In this document: piece by piece, positions 46,931-61,743 of the stretch
Layout of the letters: each line of letters begins with the position of its first letter
Position numbering within the stretch: position 1 is the first letter of the stretch
From: Piromyces finnis finn
Taxonomy: Eukaryota; Fungi; Neocallimastigomycota
Assembly: GCA_002104945.1 (NCBI GenBank)
Contig: MCFH01000025.1
Coordinates: 186,001 to 250,000 of the forward strand
Direction of reading: 5' to 3'
Length of the DNA: 64,000 nucleotides
Notes under the pieces: generated by a model
The model's input: the letters and a program-made list of their open reading frames with translations, nothing else
Databases searched by the model: none
What the model was told of the DNA's origin: nothing
Made by a program: the position numbers and the translations under genes

Positions 46931-48187
46931 AACTATTATAGATTTAAAAAATAATCATCATAGTAATAAAAATATTTAATATTATTTATAGATATATATA
47001 GAAATAAATTATTATAAAAAAAAAAAAAGAATCATTTTCTCTCTCCCTCTCTCCTACCACATTAGCATTACATAGATACATATACATACATAGATACACT
47101 AAATTTAACAGGAGTGTAATTTAATGATTTCAATACTACTACTACAGGAAAAAAAAAAAAAAAAAAAAAAGACAATAATTGAAAATAAAAGAAATTTAAA
47201 TAAAAAATATAGATATAATATAAAAAATAGAGATAGTTATATTGTATAAATTTAAATAAAAAAGTATTAATATAAATATTTTAATGTGAAAAAAAAACCT
47301 TTTTTTTTTTTTAATTTTACCACAAAAATATATATTTAATAATATTCTAAAAGTCCAAAAAAAATATATATATATTAAAATTTTATTTATTGTTGCTTTT
47401 TTTTTTTTTTTTTTTTTAATGATGGAAGTAGGATATAATTTTTTTAAAATAAAATAAAAAAAAAAATACATTTATTTCTTTTTTTTTTTTTTTTCTATTT
47501 ATGTTTATATATATATATTATTATTATTATTTTTTTCTAATTTTTTTTTTTTTTTTAGTTTATTTATTTATTTTATTTGTTTGCTTCTTTTTATTATTAT
47601 TATTATTTTTTTTTTTTTTTTTTTTATTTTTTTTTTTTTTTTCTTATTGCTCATTTTCTCTCTTTTCATTATTATTATTCTTATTATTATTATTATTTTT
47701 AATTTTCGTTTTTTTATATATACATATAAAACACATAAAAATAATAATAATAATAGAATAGAATACTCTTTTTGTGCATATATGTATATATATATAGAAT
47801 ATAGAATATAGTAATAAAAATAGTTGTTTTTTTTTTTAATTATTAATTTCTATTAAAAGTTACTTTACATATAATTTAATAATTTTTTTTATATACTTTT
47901 CTTTTTTATATAAAATAAAATATTATTTTAATTTTTTTTTTTTGCTTGCTGTTACTTTTTTATGATGATAAATTCTCATTTTCTTTTCTTTCTTTGAAAT
48001 ATCTTTTATATATACTGTAATAAACTATTAAAAAAAAAAAAAAAAACGCTTATAAAATACATATTAAATAGGATATATATTATTATCTTTTTTTTTTTCT
48101 TTATCCAAAAAAAAAAAAAAAGTATATGAAAAAAAATTATAGCTATAATAAGAAAGAAATATACGAAATAATGATAATGAATTTACT

Positions 48188-48922
48188 TTAGTTAAATGAT
48201 GGTGGTGGAAGGAAGGATGAACCAATACTTTTTGTTGGTGTTGATGAGCTTGCCATAACATCTACATAACGGTTTCTAGCACCACGTTTTATATTACCAG
48301 TAGAACGTTTATTAGAAATACCAAATTTAGAATTACCTGCATTTAATAAACTTTCAAGATCCGTCTTTCCTGATTTATTAACAAGTGAAGTATTATTGAC
48401 TGCTAATGTTGGTACGGTTGGACCGGCTGGACTTGTTACTGAATTATTAGACATATTTAATGATGGAACAGATGAAGGAGTAGTGGCAACTGCTGGTGTT
48501 GCTTTTGGTGGTGGAGCTAATTTCTTTTCTTCTTCTTCTGTAGCATTTGGATTAACCCATCTCTTTTTTACTGGATCATAATAAATGGTCTTCTCTTCAC
48601 CAAGATTGGCCTTAATGACCTTTTCACCTTCTTTATTATTATTCTTACCAAATATTTTACCAACAATTGAGAAAACAGAACCTATAAATTTTAATTTTAA
48701 TGGTTAAAAGGTTAATAATGATAATTTCCTGAAATCTATATTGCCAAAAAAAAAAATTATATAAACTTACTTTTTTCCTTATTATTTTCATTTTCACCCT
48801 TTGATGGGGATGGAGATGGTGGAGCTTCATCCTCTACTATATCTTCTTTTTTTTCTTCTTCTTTTGTTTTAGATAATTTAGAATTATTTCCAAAACCTAA
48901 ATCATCGTCATCATCATAAGAG

Positions 48923-48968
<46 letters not shown>

Positions 48969-51900
48969 TTTCATAATCATAGGATTGGTAGGTATTATTA
49001 TCAAAAGTATTATAGGATTGGGTAGCAGTAGTAATATTATTTTCATTGGAATAGGTTTCATTTGAAACATAATTCATTAATGGTTGAGTAGCAGTTTCTT
49101 CAGTAGCTGAATATGGTAAGTTGTTCTCTTGAAGAGTATTTAAAAGGGTGTTGTCAGAGACATCCTTTTGAGTATTATTGGAAGTGACTGATTGTTGTTG
49201 TAATGAAGTTTGAATTTGTGGTTGTAATGGTGTTTGAATTGATGGCTGTATTTGTGGTTGCATTTGTGGTTGAATTTCTGGTTGAGTTGCTATTGGTTCT
49301 GCTTGGTATCCTGAATAATAGGATTGAGGATTATAATTTGTGTAGTAGGAAGTCATGTAGCCTTGATTATATCCATTCATACTATTGATACTTGCATCAA
49401 CTGTCGATACAACGGTATTATCCATAGTTGATATATTATTACTGTTAGAAATAACTTCTGATTGTTCCTCTTCTGGCTTTACCTCTTCTTCTTCTTCTTC
49501 TTCTTCTTTCTCCTCCTCAATTTCTTCTTCATCAACTTCTTCTTCTTCTTCCTTTTCATCCTCTTCTTCCTTTAATAACTCTACTGGTATTAATTCCATT
49601 TCATATTTTTCAATATTAGGTAAACTAAATACATCATTAACAACTTCAAATTTAGCATTCTTTTCATTCCATTCATCAATATTAACATCTTCATCTTCAT
49701 CAATAAGCCATGATCTATTACAACGATGTTCTAAATCACGAAGACTTTCTAAGAATCGTTTATGGAAATAAGGTGATGCTTTAGTGTAACTTTGAACAAT
49801 CTTTGTAATATTTTTACAATATTCAGTTGCTCTTTGAACATAACCTAAATCAGATAACCACCATGCATAGGCTAATTTGTAGGATTGGAAATGTGGAATA
49901 CCAAGTCCATTTTCACTATTTTCTTTCTTTCTTAAACTTAAAGCATATTCATAAAATTCAGTTAATTGAACAGCTATTGGGTTTCTGAGTGCATTATTAC
50001 CATAGACACTATCATCAACACCAATTAAAGTTAAACGAACATCTTCTTTATCAATACTAGTAAATATGGAATCCTTTCCGGAAAGAATATAACTATTCCA
50101 AAAATAAAATGGTTTAAAAAATTTTAATTAAAAATAAATCATTATAAAAATAAAATTAATATATATATTTCTTTTTTTTTTTTAATAAAAATATAATATT
50201 TTTTGATTATATATATATACAGATCTGTGAAACTTTAAAAATACATACCATATATGAGCAGCGAATCTATTACCGGCTTTCATAAGAGAATCACCAAATT
50301 CAACAATAGCATCTACACTTTCTTTGGTATTATAACCTAAAAGAGTGGCTAAAGTGGTTCTCCATTTTTCTGATGACTTTACAACAGAAGTTGGGAAAAC
50401 AGAATTAATAACTTCCTTTTCTCCATTAGCAAATAAACTATATAATAATTGAATATTTGGTCTTGCCATATTTTCATCTTGAATATCATTTCCAAAAGCT
50501 TCCTTGGTGTAACTAATAACAACATCCTTATAGGCGTCTTTACTTACAAAGTTTGAAATAATTAAGGCATGTGTCCATAAACGGTTATCTTTACAAAAAT
50601 CAACTGCACCTTCTAAATCACCTTTCATTAAATATTCTTCAAGTTGATCAATTTGAACAGATTGAATAGCTTGCTGACTAATACTGCTAGTTGGTTTTAA
50701 CATTCTATTTGTTGGAATTAATAATTTTCTTAATTCTTGTAATGCTTCTTCCTTGACATCACTATTACAATTTATACATTAAATATAGCCAGTCATAGGG
50801 ATAAAAAAAAATGAAAATAGAAGATATAATAATTAACACGATAAATTGTGAGATGAATAGATTAGATCATAGATAAATAATAAAACACAATAATAATGAA
50901 TAAAAATTTATATTGATAATTATTAAAAAATAATAATAAATAAAATATAAATATATAAATATGAATAGTACCTTCCGCTTAAAACACCATTATATTCAAT
51001 AAAAAGTTTAACTAATTTCCAAAGGACGGTTTCATCGTTTAATGAACTAGAGGAATAATTACTGGTAACTTGAACAATACGATCATTGATTTGTTCAAGA
51101 ATTTCTTTTTTATTAGCACCTCTTTTCTTTGTAAATGGATTTAAAAGAGGACCCTTGAATCTCTTTTCACTTTCTGAAAGGCATGGATCCATCACTGATT
51201 TTAATGATTTTATTATAATTGGACCAGCAGTGGCCATTTTTTCATTAACAGAACGATACATAAATCTTTTGTCATTTGGATCGATAGGTTTAGCCTTTGG
51301 GAACATACAAATAATTTTACCACCAAAACCAAAACGAACAATTGGGCAACCATTCTTTAAATAAACAAGTGGATCTCTTGAACGAATACCTTCTTGAATA
51401 TAACGTTGATTTGGATTAGTACTTTCATTTGATTTATAAACATGCTTAACTTTTGGTACACCAAAAGAGTCCATAAAGGAAGTTGTTGGAACTTCTGGTT
51501 CTTTTTCTACTGGACCTTCATTTAATAATTCTGGACTATAACTACCATAATTATTTTCTGGCTCCTCTGGTTTTTCATTATAACCTTCATAACTATAACT
51601 ATTATCTGTTTCTGATTTTGGTTCATTTTCATAAGAACTATAGCCATATATATTTTCTATTTGATATTCCTTATTTTCGGATTCATTGATGGTTACTTGA
51701 TTAGTTGTTGTTGTTGTTGTTGTTGCTACTGTAGCTGAATAATTTGGATAATAATCCTCTGGTGGATAACTGTAGGTGGAATAACTAGCTTCTTCATTAT
51801 TCTTTGGTTCATTTTCATGAACGCTGGTTGCTGGCTTATTAACATCTACATCGTTTGTTTCCGTTGTTGGCATAGTATAGTTTTCACCTGGTGGCATATA

Positions 51901-53153
51901 ATAACCCATAGAAGAATTATCTAGTACACCTGTTGGTGGTTGTTCGATAATACCAACATTTTCTGGTTCAATTGGTTCATTTGGTGGATTATATGAAGAT
52001 TCGTAAGATGGATCGTAGGATGGATCATAGGATGGTTCAATAGTGGATGGTTCAGCAGGTGGTTCTATTGGTTGTTCCATTGGAGGTTCTATTGGGGCTT
52101 CATGGGTTGGGTTATTAGAAGATGATAGTTCCATATCAGTTTCATTTTTAAATGTTGGGGTTGATGGAACAAAGGTTTCACCTTCATATTTGTAAGATTT
52201 GAAACCATACTTTGATTTTTTAGTTTTTAAACTATAAGAGTTTCCTGTTGGAAGTGGTGGATCAAATGAAGATTGAATAGATGATGGATTTTGTAATGCA
52301 GAAACAGGTGTAGATGGTTGAGTTGCTGGTTTACTGGAAGGTGTTTGACCTGGATTAGCATATAAAGATACAGGTGTTTGAGTTGGAGTTTGAGGCAAAA
52401 TCATTGGTGGTTGACTTGGTGTCTGTGGTAATTGTTGAGATAATTGTTTAGGTGTCTGTGGTAATTGTTGACTTATTTGTTGTGGAGTTTTTGGTGGTTC
52501 ATTTTGGTAATATAAGTTTGGTTCTGGTTGACTAGTTGGTGGCATTTGCTGTGATGGTTGTTGTTCATTTTGATAATAATAATTTGGTTGTTCAGGTTGA
52601 CCTTGGGAAACCATCTGTGAAGGCATTTGTTGAGTAGTTTCAGGAAGTTGTTGTTGTTGTTGCAATTGTTGTTGTTGTTCATTTTGGTAGTATAAATTAG
52701 GATCTAATTGATTTGGTTGTGGCATTTGTTGTGGTAATTGTTGTGGAGTTTGTGATTGTGGTTGCATCTGTGGCTGTTGTTGTTGTTGTTGTTCATTTTG
52801 ATAATTATAATTAGAATCAGGTTGTGGCATTTGAAGAGGCATTTGTTGAGGTGTATTTGGTTGTTGTTGTTGTTGTTGCTGTTGCTGTTGCTGTTGTTGT
52901 TGTTGTTGTTGTTGTTGTTGCAATTGTTGTTGTTCATTTTGATAATACAAGTTTGGATCCAATTGATTTGGTTGTGGCATTTGTTGTGGTAATTGTTGTG
53001 GGGTTTGTGGATGTGGCATTTGTTCTTGTTGTTGTTGTTGCTGTTGTTCTGGTGGTTGTAATTGTTCTTGTTGTGGTAGTTGTGGTTCATTTTGATAATA
53101 CATATGTGAATCCATTTGGTTTGGTAGAGATATTTGTTGTTGTTGAGCTGGAG

Positions 53154-53186
<33 letters not shown>

Positions 53187-54180
53187 TTGGTGGTGGATAA
53201 TACATATTTTGTTCTGGACCCGAAGGATGGAATTGTGGTGGTAATTGCTGCTCATTTGGATATTGAGGAATTGGCTCAGGTTGACCTTGAGGAAGCATTT
53301 GAGGTTGCATTTGTTGTGGTGGTTGTTGTGGTGGTTGTTGTGGTGGAAGTTGTTCATTTGGTGGATAATACATATTATGTTCTGTTGGACCACTTGGTTG
53401 CATTTGTTGTGGCATTTGTTGTGGAGTTGTTGGGTGTGGTTGTTGTTGTTGCTGTTGTTGTTGTTGTTCATTTGGTGGATAATAAAAGTTTGGATCGACT
53501 TGACCTTGAGGATGTAATTGTTGATTCATTAGTTGAGGAGTTGAGGTTTGCTGGTTCATTGGTTGAGGTTGTGGTTGTTCATTTTTATAATTATTAAAAT
53601 TCTGATCCATTGGACCTTGTTGAGGAATTTGTTGTTGTGGTACAAATGATTTTAAATTATGTCTTGACTTTTTTCTAGATTTAAGATTATATGAATTTTG
53701 GTTATTTTTAAATGAGCTAGTTAATTGTAAGGGAGGATCAAATGAATTATGAGCAACCGAAGAAGAAGGTGGGTTCTTTGGTTGTGATTCTGAAGGCATA
53801 GGTTGCATCATTTGTGGAGAAGGTTGACCCATAGGGGCCATTGGTTGTTGAAAACCTTGTGGTGCTTGTGTTTGTGATGGTTGGTCATTTTGAAAATAGA
53901 AATTTTGTTCCATTGAACCTAGTCGCATTTGTTGTTGTTGTTGTTGTTGTATTTGTGGTTCATTTGGATTATACATATTTTGTTCAGGTTGACCTGGTTG
54001 AGGTCCATCTCTATTACCTACTGGTTGTTGTTGATAATTTCCTGAAGGATTTGGTGGAAGTTGTTGTTGTGGTGGTGGTGGTGGTTGTTGAGTAAATTGA
54101 GGATCTTGAGGTTGAAAAGCATTATTCATTTGGTAATTTTGAAATTGCTCTTGATTAAAAATCTGTCCATTATTAGACAT
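48188..54180 (-). CDS. SEC16: COPII coat assembly scaffold Sec16; 4 exons
   Basis: Q/P-rich N-terminus, then GCPIVRFGFGGKIICMFP, KGPL, YLMKGDLEGAVDFCKDNRLWTHALIIS, KWRTTLATLL, AAHIC|YILSG, IQLTEFYEYA, YKLAYAWWLSDLG, and C-terminal LGEEKTIYYDPVKKRWVN and ARNRYVDVM. Introns phase correctly. Confidence 0.93.
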
Positions 54181-55664
54181 TTTTATTATTTATTTATATT
54201 TTTAATGTATCTAACAAAAAAAACTGTATATTTTATTTTTATATATAATAATATTGTTGTTGTTTATTATATCATAAACTTGTACTTCTAAAAGATATTT
54301 TATTTTATTTATTTATATTATTTATATTTTCTTTAATTGTAAATAAAGTTGTCAAAAAAAAAAAAAAAAAAAGGAAAGCTTTTTTTTAAATTATTTTTGA
54401 TATATTTATATATAATATATTTTTATAGTTTTAATTTTCTTTTTTTTTTTTTTTTTATATTTTATCTATTTTCCTTTTTCCTTTTTTTTTTTTTTTTTAA
54501 AAAAATTGTTTGTTTATTTTCTTGTTATTTTTCTAAAGAAGAATACTTTTTTTTTTATTTCTTTATTTTATACTCTAAATAAATAAACTAAAAAATTTAT
54601 TATTTAAATTATTTAAAAAATAAAAAATAAAAAATGAAAAAAAAATTAATTATTATTAAAAGTTATAATTATTATTTTTTTAATTATTATTATTATTATT
54701 ATTATTATAAAAAAAAATTAATTAAAAAAAAAAGTTAATCATCCTATTTTTCGAAGGATTAAAAATTTCTTTGAAAAGTCTAATAGGACTTTTTTTTTTT
54801 TGTCTACTTTGTATACCTTTTAGAATTATTATTTATCAATTACAATAATAATAATAATAATAAAATATATATATATAATAGTATGATGTTAATTTTTCTT
54901 ATTATCAATATAAAAAAAAAAAAAAGACTTTAAACTTTTTTAATTGTATATATAATTCACCTCTTCCTACTTTGTCTTCTCTTTTCATGAAATTGATTGA
55001 TTTTATTTGTTAATTTATTTTTAAATACAATTATTAAATTAAAAATATACAGTTGATATATATTATGATTATATTTTAAATTATTATAATTAAATTAATG
55101 ATTTTATTTACATCCATCCAATGGATACATTACATTTTTTATATTACATTAAGACAGAAATTGTAATATAAATAATGTAATAAAAAACTAGGGTTTTGGT
55201 GGTGGTTAAAAAGGTTTTCAATACTAAAGGAATTAAAAAAAAAAAAAAAAAAGAATACAATTCAATAAAATAATTCATTTAGACATTAATTATTATTTTA
55301 TATACTTTAAATATTTAGTTTATATAATGGATAATGGTATCTTTTATTTAGTGTTTAGTAAGGAACTTTTTTTTTTTTCATTTAATATTATTGACCATGA
55401 ATAGGCTACAATAAAAATAAGATATTCTTTCATCCTTGAAAACTATATTCCTCATTACCATGATTATAAATATCTATAAAGTAGTAAGAAATTAATAATA
55501 ATTAGATTTAGTAATTCATACTTCATCGTATTTGATGTACAAATACATACAAATTATAATGTAATGAAATGTATACAATATAGTTTTCCTATTAAATTTA
55601 ATCCAAAATCAATAAAAAAAAAAAGTAGAAATGTGGTAGTAAAGGTTATAGCTTTATACATATA

Positions 55665-55695
<31 letters not shown>

Positions 55696-56644
55696 GAAAC
55701 TATTATATATAGTATTATTATTATTAAAACAGGATATATTACCATGATATAAATATTCAATTTTTTTTTTTTTTGAAAAAAAAGATATGTCTATATCTAT
55801 TATAAATATTCTATAATTTATCTTTTTACACTATTAGAAAATAAGTAAAAAAAAAAAATTTTTTTTTATTAACTCACTTTATATTTATAAACAAAAGGAA
55901 ATAAACAATTTTTATCCTTTATAACTCTTTTTATATAAAAAAATTTTAATAAGGTAATATAAATCATAATGATGATTCTATTTTCCTATATGATCCATCT
56001 TCTTTATTACTACTTTCTTATTTATATTTCATATTTCACCACCTTATATTTCATACGTTTAAAATGAAAAAAAAAAAAAAAGTCACCATCCTTAAGAAAA
56101 AAAACTTCACCACCAGTTACACTTTATTTTATATCTTCATTTCAAGATATATACAATTTAATCATGGATAATAATACTTTTTTTTTTTAATTAAAAAGTT
56201 TATATTAATTGTCCAATTCTAATGTTACATTTATTGTGGCTGTTGCAAATATTATTAATATTTTTTGTATAAATGTACCTTTTTGTTATACTTTTCGCTG
56301 TATTTGTTTGTTGCCATATATCATGACATCTGAAGCTAGCGAAATTGAGTGTCATTATCATAATAATAAATCAGTGATACTTCTTAATAACTATCCAAAA
56401 GTTATAATCCAACCCATAGTAAAACCAGACTGAAACATTATTTTAATTGAATAAATTTAAAAGTATCAAATTACTAAAAATATCTCATTATAAATCTATT
56501 TATTTATACAATAGATTTACTTAATATAATGTAGTATGAGTATGTGCATTCAGAGTGTAACTTTTGTAGGTACAAAAAAAAAAAATATATTTACTCTTTG
56601 AATATATGTTTCATATTAAAATTTCGATTCTTTAATATTTCTTA

Positions 56645-56969
<325 letters not shown>

Positions 56970-56984
56970 TTTTACTTATAGCAT

Positions 56985-58680
56985 TTATTTTTCTTTAAAG
57001 CTATTTATTAAAACATATATAAAACCATGGTTTTTACTTTTATTTTTTTGCTTTTTATTATCCTTTTCTTTTCTTTTATTTTTTGTATCTATTTCAATAT
57101 TATTTAACTTTATTTCATATTCATTATTGCCATTCTCAAAGGAAAATGTTAATTTTTCTATCTCGTCACTATGAAGGTAAATTTTTCCATTATCATTTAT
57201 ATTAAGATACTTATTATTTTCACACTCTACATTAGAATCGTTTACATAGTTTGGATTATTTACTTTGGCAAAAATAACTTCCACTTCTTCACATAAATGT
57301 TTTCACGATAATCTTTTTTTGTATCTAATTATCCTTCACTGTCTGTTTTTTCTATTTTGCAATTATAATCACTATATACCACAAAAAAATTTCGATTTCC
57401 AAGTGATGAATTTAAGTTTTTTTCTTTTTTTGTTTGAACAATATAAACCGTCGTAATATTTTTTGGAGTTAGATAATCTTTTATTTTTTTAAAATTTGTA
57501 TTTGTCTCCGTTTTATTTTTCTTATTTGTTTCTTCTTTTCCTATCACTACAAGTTTTCCATTACTATTAATATAATAAACTTTTTCATTTTCAAAATCTA
57601 CTTCCCTTTCCTTATTGTTAATCATGTATTTTTTGGAGACAATGACATAAACATTAGGATTTAATTTGTTAAATAAGTCAGAATATTCGGAAATAATAGG
57701 TTCTGTCTTTTTTAAAACTATATCTTTGAAATCACTAAAGGTTTTATCTAAATAGACATAGGGACTATTTTTGTCGGTATTCAAATTATCTAAATATAAT
57801 GGTGATTCATAGATAATATTTTTAACGGCTGTTCTTTGCGGCCCATTCAATTTATCGAAATCATTTACATTTTCATAATTCAATATATCATAATTTCTAC
57901 CAGTGACATATTTATGGTTATTATCTTTAATACCAAAGTAATGTTTATCTATTTGGGTTATCATTTGGTTATAGCCACTTTCAACATTAAATGGATGGAT
58001 TAATATATCATTAATTGATTTTAATGATATATTAATTGATTTTAATATCTTATCATTGTCGTATTTACTATCTTCGTTTAATTTTTTTGCGAAATCATTT
58101 AAATCCCTACAAAAAAAAAAGTTTCTCGATCTAAAGCCATAGCTAATTTTTTTTAAATTCATTAATTTCTCTTTGCATATCTTCATTTTCTCTCATTACA
58201 AAAATTTTCGAACCATACTTTTTAATCAAATAATGTGAAAACATATCGACTACATTGTTTTTATATTCTGTTTTTGCAGAGTTTAATTCGTCAAGATCTT
58301 TAACAATTTTAAAGTTTACATCTTCATAACCAGAATCTTCAAAATTTAATATGTCGTCTGAAAATTCAAGTTTAAACGAATTTAGATCAGGAAATTTTTT
58401 ATTATTGTAATTATTATTGATAGCCCTATTATAACTTTTTGCTAAACTTAATAACTGAATTTCAGGATTTCGACAATTTTGCATTTGAAATTCATGGTAT
58501 GTTTCTATATTTTTTGTAATCCTTATATCTAAATTTCCTATTCTATCCAGATTTTTATCTTCCACATTATATTCTTCTAAATCTTTTTTGTATTATTACT
58601 TAAGAAAATATTAAATTATCAATAATTAAATTTCTTACATACTCTTTTTTATCCTCATTCGTAATATTACTACTATTCAT
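56985..58680 (-). pseudogene. Intronless pseudogene of an unknown ~565-codon K/N/D/E-rich protein
   Basis: ATG at 58680 (MNSSNITNEDKKEYVRNLIIDNLIFS*), in-frame TAA at 58600-58602, frameshifts at T6 58584-58589 and T8 58147-58154, and another break near 57320-57330. The three ORF-track pieces (58143-58565, 57329-58186, 56985-57284) abut or overlap on one strand with uniform composition. Confidence 0.65.
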
Positions 58681-59966
58681 AATTTAGATTTATAATATAT
58701 TTGAATAAAAACTAGTATTAGCTTATTGTTTTACTAATTTTATTATTATATTATTTGTTGTGAAATAAATTTAATTAATAAACAATTTTATTAATAAGAT
58801 TAACGAAGAGTTATATAATAAGATGTATGGTCATGTGATCATATAAAATAAAATAAATAAAAAATAACTACTTCTACAACACTTTTAATACATGTTTATG
58901 TTTTTTATAAATTAGTCACGTGTATACATAAATATATGATATAGCTAAATAAAATTATGTGTCCATAAATGTTCACATAAATAATATCGTGATGTATTAG
59001 TATTTGTGTAACTTTACCATTAAACTTTTCAAAGATCATCCAACTTTACAAAAAGAATTTATATAATGTAATGAGACTTGTATAAGAAAATTTATTCAAT
59101 ACATTAATAATTTATTATACAATATTGACTATACTTTCATTAATAATAATATTTATATACAATTATTTTTTTTTAATAATCTATCTTTATCCCATACCTA
59201 TTTATTTAGGCAGGCATAATGAATAATAATTTAAAAACAATGTTAATAATTCATTATATGATAAATAGTTTCATTTAAATAATATAAAATGAAATTGATA
59301 ACATTTATCTACAACATATGTCATTATTATACTTACCCCTTAGAATATAGTCTTTTGATATAATAGCCTCGATGGAGATAAAAGCTGTTACACACCAATA
59401 TATATATTATTATCACTATTGATGATGTTTTAAATTATTTTTATAATCACATTTCCAGGATTTATAAAGTTAAAAATGTGAATCATCAATACAATATATA
59501 TTCTGTATTTTTTCTTTTCTTTTTTTTTCTAAGCCCATAAAGGATAAAACAAAAGATATTACTATTGTTATTTTTTATTTTTCCATGTTTTATATTAATA
59601 TTATTATTATTAAATATTCTTTTTTTTTTATTATTATTATTTTTTCATTCTAAAACATCATAATAATAAAAATGGATAAAGGTTACACAAACTATTTGTA
59701 CTTGTGTCATATTAAAAGGTTACACGAAAAGAAGGTGAAAAAACACGTTTTTAAATTAATTTTTCTTTTTCCTTTTATCATAATAGTAAGAAAAGTAATT
59801 AAAAAAATCTAAATAATAATTCATAATAAATGGTAATAGTAAATGTGGAATATTAATAATTTTTTTAAAACTATCGAATTTATTACAAAAATAAATAGGT
59901 ATTACATATTAAATATTATTATAACCTAAAAAGTAATAATGATAATTGATAATAGTCATCATCATT

Positions 59967-60590
<624 letters not shown>

Positions 60591-61743
60591 ATTATTATTA
60601 TCCTACTTTTATACATGTTATAATGATATATTAATTTTTTTTGTATTTAAAACTTGATTTGTTTTAAAATATTATTATTCCTTCTCCTTCCACTTTCTCC
60701 TTTTAATTTTATTAATGATACAAATTCCAATAAAACTTTTTTCCTTTCCTTTTTTTTATTTTCCTTTTTAATTTTACCTAAAAATATTGGGAAATATAAT
60801 TTTTATTCACCACCACCACCAATAAAATTGAATGATTTTAATTATATTTTCTGGTTTAAAACGTTGAGGAGAAAATTAAAAAAAATTAAAAATAAACCAG
60901 TCCGCCGATCAAAAAATTTAAATTAAAAAATTTTCCACCTTAACTATCAAAAAAAAAAAAAAAAAACGCCACAAATTAAAAAATACACACATGAATTGCA
61001 TGAACAACACACTTTAAAAGTCCACTTTTTTTTATTTATACACATAATGAATTTAGTTTTATTTTTTTATTTATTTTTTATTTATTTTTTCATTTTTTTA
61101 TTTTGTTTTATATTTTTTTTTCTAAAAAAAATAAATAAATAATAATTCTATTTATTTTCTACACAGATTAAATATATAATACTGATATAAAAGTGTAATA
61201 TTAAATAATAATTATCTTTTTAATAAAAAGGTGATTATTATTTAATAGAATCTATTGAAATTATAATTAATAATAAATAGTTGACTGATTATACATATTC
61301 TAATATGTTCTTTCCTTTTATATATATTTATTATTAATTTAAAATAAGCACCAGCTTATTTTATTAAATCATTTAAAAAAAAGACTTATAATCAATATAA
61401 ACCTTTTTTTTAAAAAAAAAAAATTTTTTTTTATTTTATCTATATATATATAGAGTGATTGATATAAAAATATAAAAATCATTGAATATTATTATTATTA
61501 TTATTATTATTGTGGTGGTGGTGGTGGATATGGATGGTTGCCTAATATGGATAATATTTCGATTAATTATGTCATCTATTGATGAGGAGAGAATGATATT
61601 AAAAAAGTATATTTATATATATTGTGAATATTTTTAATTTTTAGGTTATTTTTTTTTAGTTGTAATAATATTATTAATTTATGAAAGGATATAATATTAT
61701 TTGGTATATAGATATATTTTGTATAAAGAATATTATTTCATTA

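Noticed and set aside
47196-47811. F/Y/I-rich ORFs in the TOP3-Sec16 gap, and similar ones at 3264, 16726, 54349, 55554 and 60654
   Set aside because: Products of poly-T/poly-A and AT-rich non-coding DNA; no splice or homology support.
54961-54988. Possible upstream Sec16 mini-exon MKREDKVGR followed by GTGAAT
   Set aside because: Splicing to the nearest acceptor is out of frame with the Sec16 ATG and hits a stop; at most a uORF.
59329-59337. ATACTTACC, like the U1 snRNA 5' end
   Set aside because: Not followed by TG or any U1 stem-loops or Sm site; better explained as the reverse complement of a GTAAGTAT donor-like sequence.
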